Of a stretch of DNA of 59,488 nt, positions 17,697 to 27,396 are shown piece by piece; position 1 is the first letter of the stretch, and every line of letters begins with the position of its first letter. The stretch is from an uncultured virus (IMG/VR IMGVR_UViG_3300047320_000091). Its lineage: Duplodnaviria > Heunggongvirae > Uroviricota > Caudoviricetes. The position numbers were made by a program, and so were the translations under genes. The notes beneath the pieces are model-generated. The model saw only the letters and a program-made list of their open reading frames with translations, made no database searches and was not told the DNA's origin. The DNA lies in IMG/VR virus record IMGVR_UViG_3300047320_000091; one strand, 5' to 3'.

Positions 17697-18036
17697 GCAT
17701 CTGATCGACATCGACCGTAAGACGGGCGACTACGTTCAGGGCTGGCCGCGCATCAAGCAGAGCATCGAAACGATCCTCACCACGCGCATTGGCGTTCGCC
17801 TGATGCGCCTCTGGTGGGGTTCGAACTTCATCAACATGCAGGACAAACCGGGCAACGAAGAAACGATCATGAGCGGCATGATGGCAGCGATCTCCGCCAT
17901 CAACACCTATGAGCCCGAGTTCAAGGTCACCCGCGTGTCGATCGATGCGTTCGACTCTTCCGGCGAAATCACCATCACCATTGAGGGTGTCGACCTGATC
18001 GACGCGAGCCTCAAGCGCACAAAAACCACCGTTTAA
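17680..18036 (+). CDS. Baseplate wedge protein W/gp25
   Basis: QSI..ILTT.IG.R.MR..WGS and YEP motifs. Confidence 0.9.
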   Translation: MALATEHLIDIDRKTGDYVQGWPRIKQSIETILTTRIGVRLMRLWWGSNFINMQDKPGNEETIMSGMMAAISAINTYEPEFKVTRVSIDAFDSSGEITITIEGVDLIDASLKRTKTTV

Positions 18037-18048
18037 GGCGAGGGCCCG

Positions 18049-18918
18049 ATGCCGAGTTTTGAGTCACCCGCGCTGTACATCGACTTTGCGCGACTGCCGC
18101 CGCCGAAGGTCATCGAGGAGATCGACTACGAAGTCCTCCTCAAGGTCTACCAGGACCAGGTGGTTGCGAAGAACGGCGATCTCGCTCGTGCGGTAGCGCT
18201 TGAGCAGTCACCCACGAACATCGTCCTGGAGGCTGAAGCCTACGGCGAGATGATCGTCCGCGAGCGCATCAACGCCGCGGCGCGAGCCTCCATGCTGCCC
18301 TTCGCCACCGGTTCTGACCTAGAAGTTATCGGCGCCCGCTTCAACGTGGCGCGCATGGACGGCGAGCTGGACCCCCGCTTGCGGAGGCGCATCCAGCTTT
18401 CGATGGAGTCTTTCTCCACGGCCGGCAGCCCAGGCGCCTACATCTTCCATGCGCTGAGCACCTCACTGAGTGTTAGGGACGCCACAGCAGTCGCCGAGCG
18501 CGGCACGGGCAGGGTCACCGTCACCATCATGGCGGACGGGGCCGATCCGGTTCCGACTGGACCTCTGGTCGATGCGGTCTATGACCGCCTGATGTCAGAC
18601 GGCATCAAGCCTCTGACCGACGACATTTCCGTGCTGCCGGTGACCAAGATCCCGGCGGACATCACCGCCAACCTCACGCTCTACCCTGGCCCTGACGCAT
18701 CGCTTGTCATCGCCGACGTCAACAAGGCGCTGACCGCGCTGCGCGCCCGCGTCTCTCAGATCGGCCGCGACCTGAAGCGATCCGCGGTGCTCGCCGCCCT
18801 CAATCAGGAGGGTGTGCAGAACGTCGACACGGAGTTTCAGGATATCAACGTCGGGAACAGCGGCGTCGTCTGGATCAATTCCGCCAGCGTGAACGTGTCC
18901 AACGTACGCGAGGAATAA
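18049..18918 (+). CDS. Baseplate J-like protein
   Basis: LPPP..IEE.DYE; A.G.DL; STAG..GAY.FHAL; PLTD. Confidence 0.92.
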   Translation: MPSFESPALYIDFARLPPPKVIEEIDYEVLLKVYQDQVVAKNGDLARAVALEQSPTNIVLEAEAYGEMIVRERINAAARASMLPFATGSDLEVIGARFNVARMDGELDPRLRRRIQLSMESFSTAGSPGAYIFHALSTSLSVRDATAVAERGTGRVTVTIMADGADPVPTGPLVDAVYDRLMSDGIKPLTDDISVLPVTKIPADITANLTLYPGPDASLVIADVNKALTALRARVSQIGRDLKRSAVLAALNQEGVQNVDTEFQDINVGNSGVVWINSASVNVSNVREE

Positions 18919-18922
18919 CCAA

Positions 18923-20152
18923 ATGGCTCAGCGCCTGATGGACCAAATCCTGGCGCCGAACGCTACGGTCTACGAGCGCACTCTCGCCTCTCAGGTCGAT
19001 CGGCTCCTGTCTCTGGACACCGATCGACTGCGGCGACTCTGGGATCCTTATCGATGTCACATCGACGACCTGCCGTATCTGGCTTGGTCGTTCTCGGTGG
19101 ACTTGTGGGACACGGAATGGCCTGAAGCCAAGAAGCGCAAGGTCGTCGCCGACGCCGTCGCACACCACCGCATCAAGGGTACGAAGGCCGGCATGGCCAC
19201 CTACCTTGATCTGGTCGACTGTAATCTCGAAAACCTGATCGTGCCACCTGCGCGCGGCTATCGCATCCCTGCGATGACCAACGACGAGTTCATGTCGTGG
19301 CTGCTGCATCTGCCGCAGATCCGGCTGTACCCGTACATCATTCGCGATCCTGCCGGCGAGCGTGAGTTTCGGACGAAGGACGTCTACTTCCGGAACATCA
19401 ACTTCCGTGAGCCCAGCAACGGCCCGAACCTCTATGGCCGCAAGGCGTCGATCGTCAATAATGGGGCTGAGACCTTCGTTAAGCTCGAAGCGATGACTGA
19501 GCTTGGCGGCCAGATCATAGAGCGCGTCTCGTTCGCCAACACTTCAGCGCGCGACTATCACAGCACGGGCTTTCGCGGCGAGAAGTTCTATCAGCCGACT
19601 GACGCTGCCAACAACATCGTGACGGTGCGGCTCAGCCAAGCCTCATCCCAGCTGACGTCCGTTACGCCGGGGCTCACACCCCAGGATGTTCGACCGACGC
19701 AGATCGCCGAAGTGCATACCGCCTACGCGGATCAGCACTTCCACGACTACAACGCCTCGTTCCGAGGTAAGAATTTCCGCTGCGAGACGGATGCGGCCCG
19801 CTGGATCTACGATCGAGTGGCACTGCACAACAAGGCTGACCTGCCCGCAGGTTTGGCCGTCAAGTCTTATCGCGGTCATATGCGGTACGGCATTCAGCCC
19901 TTCACGGCTGAAGCGAAAGTCAGCATCCCGCTGAAACGGTCCCCGGCTCAAGGCTTTGGTGGCCGCTTCCGCAATGGCTTCCGCGTCCTGACCGACATGA
20001 AGAAGCTCGACGACGCCTGCGGGGCGATCGTCGCTGCCAAGCCTCTGCGCGACACTGTTCTCGTCGACACGGTCAACCACCGGGTCGTGCGTCTCAAGGA
20101 CAGGCGTCGACTCGGAACGTTCAAGCTCGGCGAAATCAAGAAGGTCGCATAG
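18923..20152 (+). CDS. Tail protein I (P2 gpI-like) with C-terminal extension
   Basis: LWDP..C....LPYLAW.FSVD.WD..W; H..KGT. Confidence 0.88.
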   Translation: MAQRLMDQILAPNATVYERTLASQVDRLLSLDTDRLRRLWDPYRCHIDDLPYLAWSFSVDLWDTEWPEAKKRKVVADAVAHHRIKGTKAGMATYLDLVDCNLENLIVPPARGYRIPAMTNDEFMSWLLHLPQIRLYPYIIRDPAGEREFRTKDVYFRNINFREPSNGPNLYGRKASIVNNGAETFVKLEAMTELGGQIIERVSFANTSARDYHSTGFRGEKFYQPTDAANNIVTVRLSQASSQLTSVTPGLTPQDVRPTQIAEVHTAYADQHFHDYNASFRGKNFRCETDAARWIYDRVALHNKADLPAGLAVKSYRGHMRYGIQPFTAEAKVSIPLKRSPAQGFGGRFRNGFRVLTDMKKLDDACGAIVAAKPLRDTVLVDTVNHRVVRLKDRRRLGTFKLGEIKKVA

Positions 20153-20171
20153 CGATCTAAGGATCAACCAC

Positions 20172-20199
20172 AAGCCGCTCCTCACCGGGGCGGCTTTTT
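20172..20199 (+). terminator. Rho-independent terminator
   Basis: AAGCCGCTCC/GGGGCGGCTT stem + T run. Confidence 0.7.
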
Positions 20200-20215
20200 C
20201 ATTTTGGGAACACCA

Positions 20216-22471
20216 GTGGAAAACAAAATCATCTTCCATGCGAACATCGACGATGATCCGACCGACTTCACGCGGTTGCAGGATTTCGCCGAAGCTTCGC
20301 TTGACCACGTCGTGCTCGACGGCATCAGCAACCTCACCAAGTACGTCGGCTTCGGCGTCACGAAGGTCGCGGTGACGCAGATCCAGGTTCAGACCGGACG
20401 TCTCTACTCTGCCGGCAAGGTCTACTCCTCGTCCGACACCGCCTGGAGCAAGGACTTCATCACGCAGCTGCCCGTCGCCGGCAAGCGTATCGCCTCGGTC
20501 GTTACCTGGGGCCAGGAGACGGACACGGACATCCGCCCGCGTCAGTTCCTGATCAACGCTGAGACCCGCCAGGCCGAGCCGCAGGCCGTGCCGCTGGTTC
20601 ATTCCCGCGTCGCCAATCTGAACGTCGTTCTCGGCGCTGAGGCTCCGGACCCGTCCGCCCCGCTGGTGGACGCCGGTTACACGGTCATCGCCAACGTGGT
20701 CCTGACGCCGACCGGCGTCGACTTGATCACGATGAACATCGACAACCAGCTGCCGAGCGTCCAGGCGCACGAGCAGCGGATCGACGACCTCGAACAGTTC
20801 GAGGAGACCGCCGGTCTCCAGATCAAGACGCTGGCCTCCGACATCGCGGCTCTGAAGGCCGCGGGCTCGAAGGGCGACGTCGACCAGGCCACCATGGGCC
20901 GCACGCTGGTCCGTCTGGCAGTGCTCGAGTCCAAGAACGGCGTGGTCTACAACGCGATCGACTCGGACGCGAACTTCTTCCTCGACACCGTCAAGTCGCA
21001 GCTGGATGACCCGCTGTCGCATGTGAAGGTGGAAGAGGGCATCCGCATGCCGCACGCCGCCGAAGGCGCCGCGGCCCTCCAGATCTTCAACCCGCTCGAT
21101 CCGAACGCGACGATCAAGAACGGGATCATGTTCCCCGCCTACACGCGGGAAGCCTGGCTCCAGTCCGGCACCATCAACGGTGAGCTGCAGGTCGCAGCCT
21201 ACTCGGTCCAGTCGTTCGACATGGTCCAGAAGATGATGTCGAAGACCCGCATCCGGTACGGCGACGAGTTCTACGTCTGTACGAACAGCCTGTTCTGGCA
21301 GACCGGCCAGTACAACGGAGCCGGCCTCTTCTTCCGCGACGGTCAGACCTACGAGGTCGAGAACCCGCAGGACACGCCCTACCATGCGTTCATCCGTCTG
21401 CGCCAGATCTGGATCGACAGGTGGGATGAGCCCTACTGGGAGAAGGTAACGACCACGACCACGGTCACCGGCACCCAGATCGCCGAGACCTGGCTCCAAG
21501 GCCAGAACATGTGGCTCGACGCCGTTGGCGTCTGGTTCACCCGTCTCGCGGCCTCCGGCTCGGCCCACTTCGCCATCGTCGAGGTCTCCGATTACGGTCT
21601 GCCGAACCTCAAGGCGTGTATCGCTCAGACCACGGTGCTCCGCGAGAACCTCGTTCTCCAGGGCGAGACCAAGGTCTCGTTCCAGCCGACCTTCCTCCAG
21701 GCCGGCAAGCGGTACGCGATCGTCGTGACCACGGCAGCCGACCACTGGGTCGCTACGGTCCCGGGTCAGCAGTTCACGTCCGGTACGTTCTTCTACGTGC
21801 TCGACGGCGCATACGCTCAGGGCGATGCGTTCAAGGATCTGTGGATGCGACTCTACCGCTGCAAGTTCAACACGGCCCGTGCGGTCATCACGTTGAACCC
21901 GCTGCAGCTGGCTGGCGGTATCTTGGCGATCGATCTGCTCACCGGCACGATCGTCCCGGACGGCACCTCGCTCACGTACGAGATCCAGGTCGGATCGACT
22001 TGGTACAACTTCCTCGACGTGGACAAGTACATGCTGGGCCAGGGCGGCACGATCCCGCCGCTGTTGCCGCTCCGCGCGGTCTTCATGGGCTCGGTCGACT
22101 GCATGCCTTGCATCAACTTGGCTGACAGCTCGGTCTACGTGTCCCGGCCGGACGTCTATGCGCAGCACGTCTCCAAGACGCGCACGCTGCCGGCGGCTTC
22201 CACGTCGATCCGAGTGATCGAGCGCTACGAGTACTTCGATCCGGCTTATCACACCGCGAGCTGCAAGCTGCTCACTGGTGCGACCTTCACGACTCAGGTG
22301 GCTCCGTCCTCGGTGACGACCTGGATCGATCCGGACGATGGCGCGACCGAGAAGACCTACGTCTTCAATCTCGGCGCCGCGATCACGCAGTTCCGCAAGC
22401 TGACCCGTCTCGACACCTCGACCAACCAGCGTGTGTTCCACGTCGGCTGGCAAAAGGACTACGCCGTCTAA
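20216..22471 (+). CDS. Large baseplate/tail-fibre-proximal structural protein
   Basis: ~750 aa, beta-rich, between gpI and the tail fibre. Confidence 0.7.
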   Translation: MENKIIFHANIDDDPTDFTRLQDFAEASLDHVVLDGISNLTKYVGFGVTKVAVTQIQVQTGRLYSAGKVYSSSDTAWSKDFITQLPVAGKRIASVVTWGQETDTDIRPRQFLINAETRQAEPQAVPLVHSRVANLNVVLGAEAPDPSAPLVDAGYTVIANVVLTPTGVDLITMNIDNQLPSVQAHEQRIDDLEQFEETAGLQIKTLASDIAALKAAGSKGDVDQATMGRTLVRLAVLESKNGVVYNAIDSDANFFLDTVKSQLDDPLSHVKVEEGIRMPHAAEGAAALQIFNPLDPNATIKNGIMFPAYTREAWLQSGTINGELQVAAYSVQSFDMVQKMMSKTRIRYGDEFYVCTNSLFWQTGQYNGAGLFFRDGQTYEVENPQDTPYHAFIRLRQIWIDRWDEPYWEKVTTTTTVTGTQIAETWLQGQNMWLDAVGVWFTRLAASGSAHFAIVEVSDYGLPNLKACIAQTTVLRENLVLQGETKVSFQPTFLQAGKRYAIVVTTAADHWVATVPGQQFTSGTFFYVLDGAYAQGDAFKDLWMRLYRCKFNTARAVITLNPLQLAGGILAIDLLTGTIVPDGTSLTYEIQVGSTWYNFLDVDKYMLGQGGTIPPLLPLRAVFMGSVDCMPCINLADSSVYVSRPDVYAQHVSKTRTLPAASTSIRVIERYEYFDPAYHTASCKLLTGATFTTQVAPSSVTTWIDPDDGATEKTYVFNLGAAITQFRKLTRLDTSTNQRVFHVGWQKDYAV

Positions 22472-22492
22472 GGCGGAAAGGACAACACCAAC

Positions 22493-22708
22493 ATGACCGA
22501 CAACACGAACGCGGCCACCCCCGAGGTGGTCGCGGTTGAGCCTGCGCCCGTGCCGGCCGATCCCGTCTATTACGACGTGAAGCTGAACGCCAGGTTCACC
22601 TGGCTCGACTTCAATTACCTGCCCAGGGACCATCACATCGTCGACAAGACCGTCTTCGATGCGATGGAGGCTGCGGGGGTGATCGCTGATGTCAAGCAAC
22701 TTTCCTGA
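22493..22708 (+). CDS. Small tail-associated hypothetical protein
   Basis: ORF with SD inside the tail operon. Confidence 0.6.
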   Translation: MTDNTNAATPEVVAVEPAPVPADPVYYDVKLNARFTWLDFNYLPRDHHIVDKTVFDAMEAAGVIADVKQLS

Positions 22709-24368
22709 GCTTGTATTCAGCGAGGATGAAGACTTCACGGCAGATCGTTTGAACGCGGCGATGCAGGTGCTGGATCAGCGCCTGCGTTCCCTCGAACCGT
22801 TCACGCCGTCCTGGCAGCAGGCGGTCAACGACCTGCGTGACGTCGGCCTCTCTCGTCTGAACGACGCCATCCTGCCGGCGTACAACCGCATCCAGCTGTT
22901 GTCCACGCTCGGCTTCCTCTTCGCTGGCTCGTCCAGCGAGGTCACTCTCACCAACGACATGACTGCGACCTTCGTCATCGACGATGAGACGCAGAAGTCG
23001 TTGTTCACGCCGACTCCATTCCTGGCGCTGACGCGCTCCTCGACGGTCGATGATTTTGCAATCGCTCAGTTGATCTCGTACGAGGCAGCCACCGGCACGC
23101 TGATGGTGCAGGTCAAGTCGATCACCGGCAACCCCGGTCCACACACGGACTGGCAGATCGGCGCTTGTGCGGCGAGCACCATCGCTGCCATGGCCTACTT
23201 CGGCCAGATCGACACGGCTCGTACCCAAGTCAACGCTTCGAAGGTGGCCACCGCTGCCGATCGCGTTCAGACTGGTCTCGACCGAGTCCAGACAGGCGCG
23301 GATCGCAATGCCGCCTCTACCTCGGCTTCTGCTGCCGCGGCTTCGGCTGCGCTCGCCGGCACCTGGGATCCGACCAACTACGCCCTCAAGTCGTATGTGG
23401 ACGGAAAGATCCAAGCTCTGATCGGCACCGCGCCGTCGAGTCTGGATACGTTCCAGGAACTCGCTGCCCAGATGGCGGCGGACGAAAGCGGGTTCACCGC
23501 GCTGTCCACCACGGTCTCTGGAAAGCTGGGTGCTTCGAACAACCTGAGCGACCTGACCGACAAGGCGCAGGCTCGCATCAACCTCGGCGTCACCTTCGCG
23601 AACCCGACCAGCAAGTCGACCATGGTGGTGCAGAACGGCTCTGCCGTCACCTACATGCGATCGGACGCGGCCCCCGCGATCGATGCTGCGATTGCTCCGA
23701 CCTGGACTGGTGCTCACACCTGGACCAGCAACATCGGCGCCAGCTTCATCAACCGCGCGACCTTTGGATTCGTGAACGTCTACGCCACAGACAGTGGATC
23801 GGCGTTCATCACGTTCCATCGGACTGCGTACGCGATGCACATGGGTCTCGACACCGACAACACCTTCAAGTGGGGCGGTTGGTCGGATGGCGCGGCTGTG
23901 CGAATGCAGTGTACGGCGGCTGGTCTGCTTTACAGCAACGGCTACGGCGCAGCCACGACCCCGGTCGCAAACCAGGTTCGAGCCGCTGGCGACATCGTCT
24001 ACGGCGTCTCAGACGTGCGGCTGAAGAAGGACATCGAGATCATCACCAACGCGCTGGAGAAGATCCGGCAGTTGCGTGGCGTCACCTGGGATCAGAGTGA
24101 TCTGGCCAAGGAACTGAAAGCTCCCGAGCAACCGCGTCGCAAGGCCGGTCTGCTGGCGCAGGATCTGCAGAGGGTTCTGCCGGAAGCCGTTGGTCTCGCG
24201 CCGTTCGACACCGACAAGTTCGGCAAGAGCAAGTCGGGCCTCGATCTCCTGAACATCTACTACGAGCAGCTCTCCGGCCTCCTGGTCGAGGCTGTGAAGG
24301 AGTTGGCTGACAGGAGCGATGCACTCGAAGCGCGCCTCGCGGCGATCGAAGCAAAGTTGGGGATCTAA
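22689..24368 (+). CDS. Tail fibre with C-terminal intramolecular chaperone (peptidase S74-like)
   Basis: AP.SLDT..ELA and NNLSDL.DKA.AR.NLG fibre motifs; SDVRLKKDI...GLLAQDLQ.VLPEAV autocleavage domain; terminal coiled coil. Confidence 0.9.
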   Translation: MSSNFPELVFSEDEDFTADRLNAAMQVLDQRLRSLEPFTPSWQQAVNDLRDVGLSRLNDAILPAYNRIQLLSTLGFLFAGSSSEVTLTNDMTATFVIDDETQKSLFTPTPFLALTRSSTVDDFAIAQLISYEAATGTLMVQVKSITGNPGPHTDWQIGACAASTIAAMAYFGQIDTARTQVNASKVATAADRVQTGLDRVQTGADRNAASTSASAAAASAALAGTWDPTNYALKSYVDGKIQALIGTAPSSLDTFQELAAQMAADESGFTALSTTVSGKLGASNNLSDLTDKAQARINLGVTFANPTSKSTMVVQNGSAVTYMRSDAAPAIDAAIAPTWTGAHTWTSNIGASFINRATFGFVNVYATDSGSAFITFHRTAYAMHMGLDTDNTFKWGGWSDGAAVRMQCTAAGLLYSNGYGAATTPVANQVRAAGDIVYGVSDVRLKKDIEIITNALEKIRQLRGVTWDQSDLAKELKAPEQPRRKAGLLAQDLQRVLPEAVGLAPFDTDKFGKSKSGLDLLNIYYEQLSGLLVEAVKELADRSDALEARLAAIEAKLGI

Positions 24369-24371
24369 GAG

Positions 24372-24608
24372 ATGGCCGTTCCTGGATCAGGAGCGGTCGC
24401 CTTTTCGACCGTCAACTCCGTCTTCGGCTACGGCATTGCGATGAGCAGCTACGTCGGCCGAACCTATTATTTCCTGAATGGCGGACCAACGGGCACAGGG
24501 ACATTCCCTGGCTCGAACTTCCCCATGTCCATGTTCTACGGGAAATCGAACCACGACGAATGGAACTGTGCCTGCGCGTGCGACTGCGCGTGTGCGTGCA
24601 GTAAGTGA
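24372..24608 (+). CDS. Small fibre-tip cap-like protein with Cys-rich C-terminus (putative RiPP-like substrate)
   Basis: 78 aa, 3 bp after the fibre stop; N-term MAVPGSGAV...PMSMFYGKS; C-term WNCACACDCACACSK. Confidence 0.8.
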   Translation: MAVPGSGAVAFSTVNSVFGYGIAMSSYVGRTYYFLNGGPTGTGTFPGSNFPMSMFYGKSNHDEWNCACACDCACACSK

Positions 24609-24614
24609 GGATCA

Positions 24615-24935
24615 ATGACCACGCCGCTGAGCACCACCTTCAGCTACAAGATCAACATCTGGAGCAAGGATGGCTGGGCTCAGGTCGAATATCGACACGA
24701 GACGCTCGGCAGCTTGGTCAAGCGCGTCTTCATTCCTCTGAACCATTCTGAAGAGGAGCAGCGTGGCGCAATCGTCATGCAGTTCCCCTGGCAATCCTTC
24801 CACGCCAGGTACCTCGACACTCTGGCGCGGGAGGCCTCACCGGCCCCCGCCGCCTTGGAAGGACAATTCACGCACCGCATCGATCGTCCCATGGAAGATC
24901 CGGTCGGTCTGCCCATGGAAACCCACAAGGTGTGA
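24615..24935 (+). CDS. Hypothetical protein in the modification cassette
   Basis: SD GAGG; co-oriented and tightly packed. Confidence 0.7.
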   Translation: MTTPLSTTFSYKINIWSKDGWAQVEYRHETLGSLVKRVFIPLNHSEEEQRGAIVMQFPWQSFHARYLDTLAREASPAPAALEGQFTHRIDRPMEDPVGLPMETHKV

Positions 24936-25483
24936 CGATGCAGTTCAGGCGCATCCGCTTCGAGAATTTCACGATCACGATCTTCACGGCGCATGCCGGC
25001 GAGGAGAGGGTTTGTCCCCCGTCTGAACTGACCCGCGGCATGACTGCGGCGGACGCGCCGGCTATCGCCCACTTGCTGGAAGGCAAGGACGACGCCAGGC
25101 CGCTCCACACCATCCCCGTCTACACCAAGGGCGGCTTCGAGGCTCTCGGCGGCGACCACGCGCCAGACCCTCGTCCAGCTGGAAGCGGCGCCACGCAGAT
25201 CGTGCGAGGCATCGACAATTACAAGCTCCGCGCCACCGCGCCGGACAGCGAGTATCACTGCATCACCCCGAAGAGTAAGGAGCCGGTCTTCTGGCAGCGC
25301 TCATTCGTTGGCGGCAAAGCCGGCGACACGTTCGAGGTGGAGCCAAACAGTTTCCTCTACATCGCAGAGGGCAAGATCGAGCTGGCTCACCAGACCTTCG
25401 TCGGCCCCACGATGCTGGAGATCACCAATCCGCATACGGCCAAGATCACCGAGCCGGTGATGGGCGCCAAGCTCTGGCGCTGA
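24932..25483 (+). CDS. Hypothetical beta-rich (possibly cupin-like) protein
   Basis: Coupled GTGA overlap; FLYIAEGKIE beta-strand pattern. Confidence 0.65.
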   Translation: MTMQFRRIRFENFTITIFTAHAGEERVCPPSELTRGMTAADAPAIAHLLEGKDDARPLHTIPVYTKGGFEALGGDHAPDPRPAGSGATQIVRGIDNYKLRATAPDSEYHCITPKSKEPVFWQRSFVGGKAGDTFEVEPNSFLYIAEGKIELAHQTFVGPTMLEITNPHTAKITEPVMGAKLWR

Positions 25484-25493
25484 AGGGAGCACC

Positions 25494-26123
25494 ATGCCGA
25501 AGATCCGACATCTAACGCCTGCCGATCTGGACGAGATGCATGCCATCATCGAGAAGCACAGCAGCGGCGTAGGAGCGTGGTGCAACGATCCAAGCGCTCC
25601 GGTGCGATCGGACTTCAGGCGCTTCGCCAAGGACCACATCGACCAGCTGTTCCCCCAGGCGATGGCTCATTACTTCGGCTACTTCGACCACAGCGACCAG
25701 CTCGTCGCATGGGCCGGCTTTTACCGATGGGTCGACAACACCAACATCACCGTCGCCACTTTCATAGAAGACCCGGACGCCAACCTTCCGCGCGGGAGCG
25801 GATGCGTCTGGTCTGACGCGCTCATTGACGTCGTGAACTGGGGCGTCGGTCACTTCTGGTCTGAGGGAGTCGAGTGCTTCTGGTCCCGTGTTTACGCGGG
25901 CAGGGAGGACCGGCATCCGTTCAGCCACCCGAACTGCCTGCTGAACAGCTACCACCCGGAGCGAATGTGCTTCATTCCGGCAGGTCAGGGAGCGCCAATC
26001 GAATACCGAAGGGTCTCGTGGGTCTGTGTGGGAGACGACTCGATGATCTACCGGTTCAAGGACCCGCTGCCGCTGGCAGCCTATCTCGAAAGCGAAAATG
26101 ATCAGACTGGAAATGCTGGGTAA
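25494..26123 (+). CDS. GNAT-like fold protein
   Basis: IRHLTPADLDEM N-terminus and YFGYFD..DQLVAWAGF hairpin typical of GNAT acyltransferases. Confidence 0.55.
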   Translation: MPKIRHLTPADLDEMHAIIEKHSSGVGAWCNDPSAPVRSDFRRFAKDHIDQLFPQAMAHYFGYFDHSDQLVAWAGFYRWVDNTNITVATFIEDPDANLPRGSGCVWSDALIDVVNWGVGHFWSEGVECFWSRVYAGREDRHPFSHPNCLLNSYHPERMCFIPAGQGAPIEYRRVSWVCVGDDSMIYRFKDPLPLAAYLESENDQTGNAG

Positions 26124-27396
26124 GGACGGAGAGGTCGTGCCTCTGTTCTACGATCAGCACACCTCACGCTTGCTCGGCCAGGACGGCTTCCAGGCCGTCG
26201 ACCTCACCAGCAACCCGTTCTACGATCCGACTCCGGGCCAGGCCCGCCCCTTCATCGCCGTGGACTACGATCAGCCCGGCCGCAAGGTCCGGGAGATCAC
26301 CAAGCTGAAGATTCAGCTCGGCCTCGGCTGCAACTATTCGTGCTCCTATTGCCTCCAGGCCCTCCAAGTGCAGATGGCCGCGGCATCGAGCACCCGGGAC
26401 GCCAGCGAGTTCATCGCCAACATCGACAACTGGATCGCCAGCCCGGAAGGGATGCAGAAGGTTGAGCTGTGGGGCGGCGAGCCGCTGCTCTACTGGAAGA
26501 AGATCGAGATCCTCGTGCCGGCGCTGAAGGAGAAGTTCCCGAACGCCCGGTTCTCGATCATCACGAACGGCTCGCTCTTCACCCGCGAGATCATCGATCA
26601 GCTCAAGGCCTGGGACTTCTCGGTCACCATGAGCCATGACGGCCCCGGGCATTCGATCCGCGGCGAGGACCCGTTCGAGGATCCCGCCAAGTTCGCGATG
26701 ATCCAGTACGCGCAGCAGACCTTTCATCCGCGCTTCTCGTTCAACGCGGTGCTGACGCCCAAGAGCCACAACGTCAACGAGGTCATCGACTGGTTTCAGG
26801 ACTATTTCCCGGGCTGCAACGTCGGCTTCGAGGGTGTGGTCCACAGCTATGCGAGCGACCCGTCCTCGATCTTCTCGATCGAGCAGTTGGCCGCCTTCAG
26901 CGACACGCTCTCGCGCCAGCTGGCAGACGGAAGCGCGCTGCGCTCGCCGATGCTGATGCAGAAGCTCCAGCGGGCCGTGAAGTCGATCGTGAACCAGCAC
27001 ACCTCGGAGAACCTGTTCCAGAAGTGCGGCATGGACATGCCGGAGTATCTGGCGGTCGACCTGAAGGGCAACGTCATGACCTGCCAGAACGTGGGCGCCA
27101 ACGGCAACCACAAGATCGGGCACGTCGACGACTTCGACAATATCGCACTCAACACCTCCAAGCACTGGAGCAAGCGCCCAGAGTGCCAGAGCTGCCCCGT
27201 GCTGCAGCTTTGCCAGGGCGCCTGCATGTACCAGGGCGGAGACAACTGGACGCACAGCTGCAACGCGGAGTTCTTCTACAACCTGGCCTTCTTCAGGGCG
27301 GCACTGTTCGTCCTGACGGGCCGGTGGATGGTCGGCTTCAGCGGCGACATTGTGCGTCCGAAACTGAAGAAGGATCGCGATGTCGAAGTTCGCTGA
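26098..27396 (+). CDS. Radical SAM/SPASM-domain enzyme (peptide maturase-like)
   Basis: CNYSCSYC (CX3CX2C), WGGEP, ITNG, SHDG; C-terminal KCG...TC...CQSC.....CQGAC...C SPASM cysteines. Confidence 0.95.
   Translation: MIRLEMLGKDGEVVPLFYDQHTSRLLGQDGFQAVDLTSNPFYDPTPGQARPFIAVDYDQPGRKVREITKLKIQLGLGCNYSCSYCLQALQVQMAAASSTRDASEFIANIDNWIASPEGMQKVELWGGEPLLYWKKIEILVPALKEKFPNARFSIITNGSLFTREIIDQLKAWDFSVTMSHDGPGHSIRGEDPFEDPAKFAMIQYAQQTFHPRFSFNAVLTPKSHNVNEVIDWFQDYFPGCNVGFEGVVHSYASDPSSIFSIEQLAAFSDTLSRQLADGSALRSPMLMQKLQRAVKSIVNQHTSENLFQKCGMDMPEYLAVDLKGNVMTCQNVGANGNHKIGHVDDFDNIALNTSKHWSKRPECQSCPVLQLCQGACMYQGGDNWTHSCNAEFFYNLAFFRAALFVLTGRWMVGFSGDIVRPKLKKDRDVEVR

Noticed and set aside
19643..22738. 1031-aa reverse-strand ORF and similar long antisense ORFs (8269-9876, 15823-17445, 26164-27624, 28450-30114, 31723-33411, 39177-40655)
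   Set aside because: Shadow frames of strongly biased high-GC genes on the opposite strand
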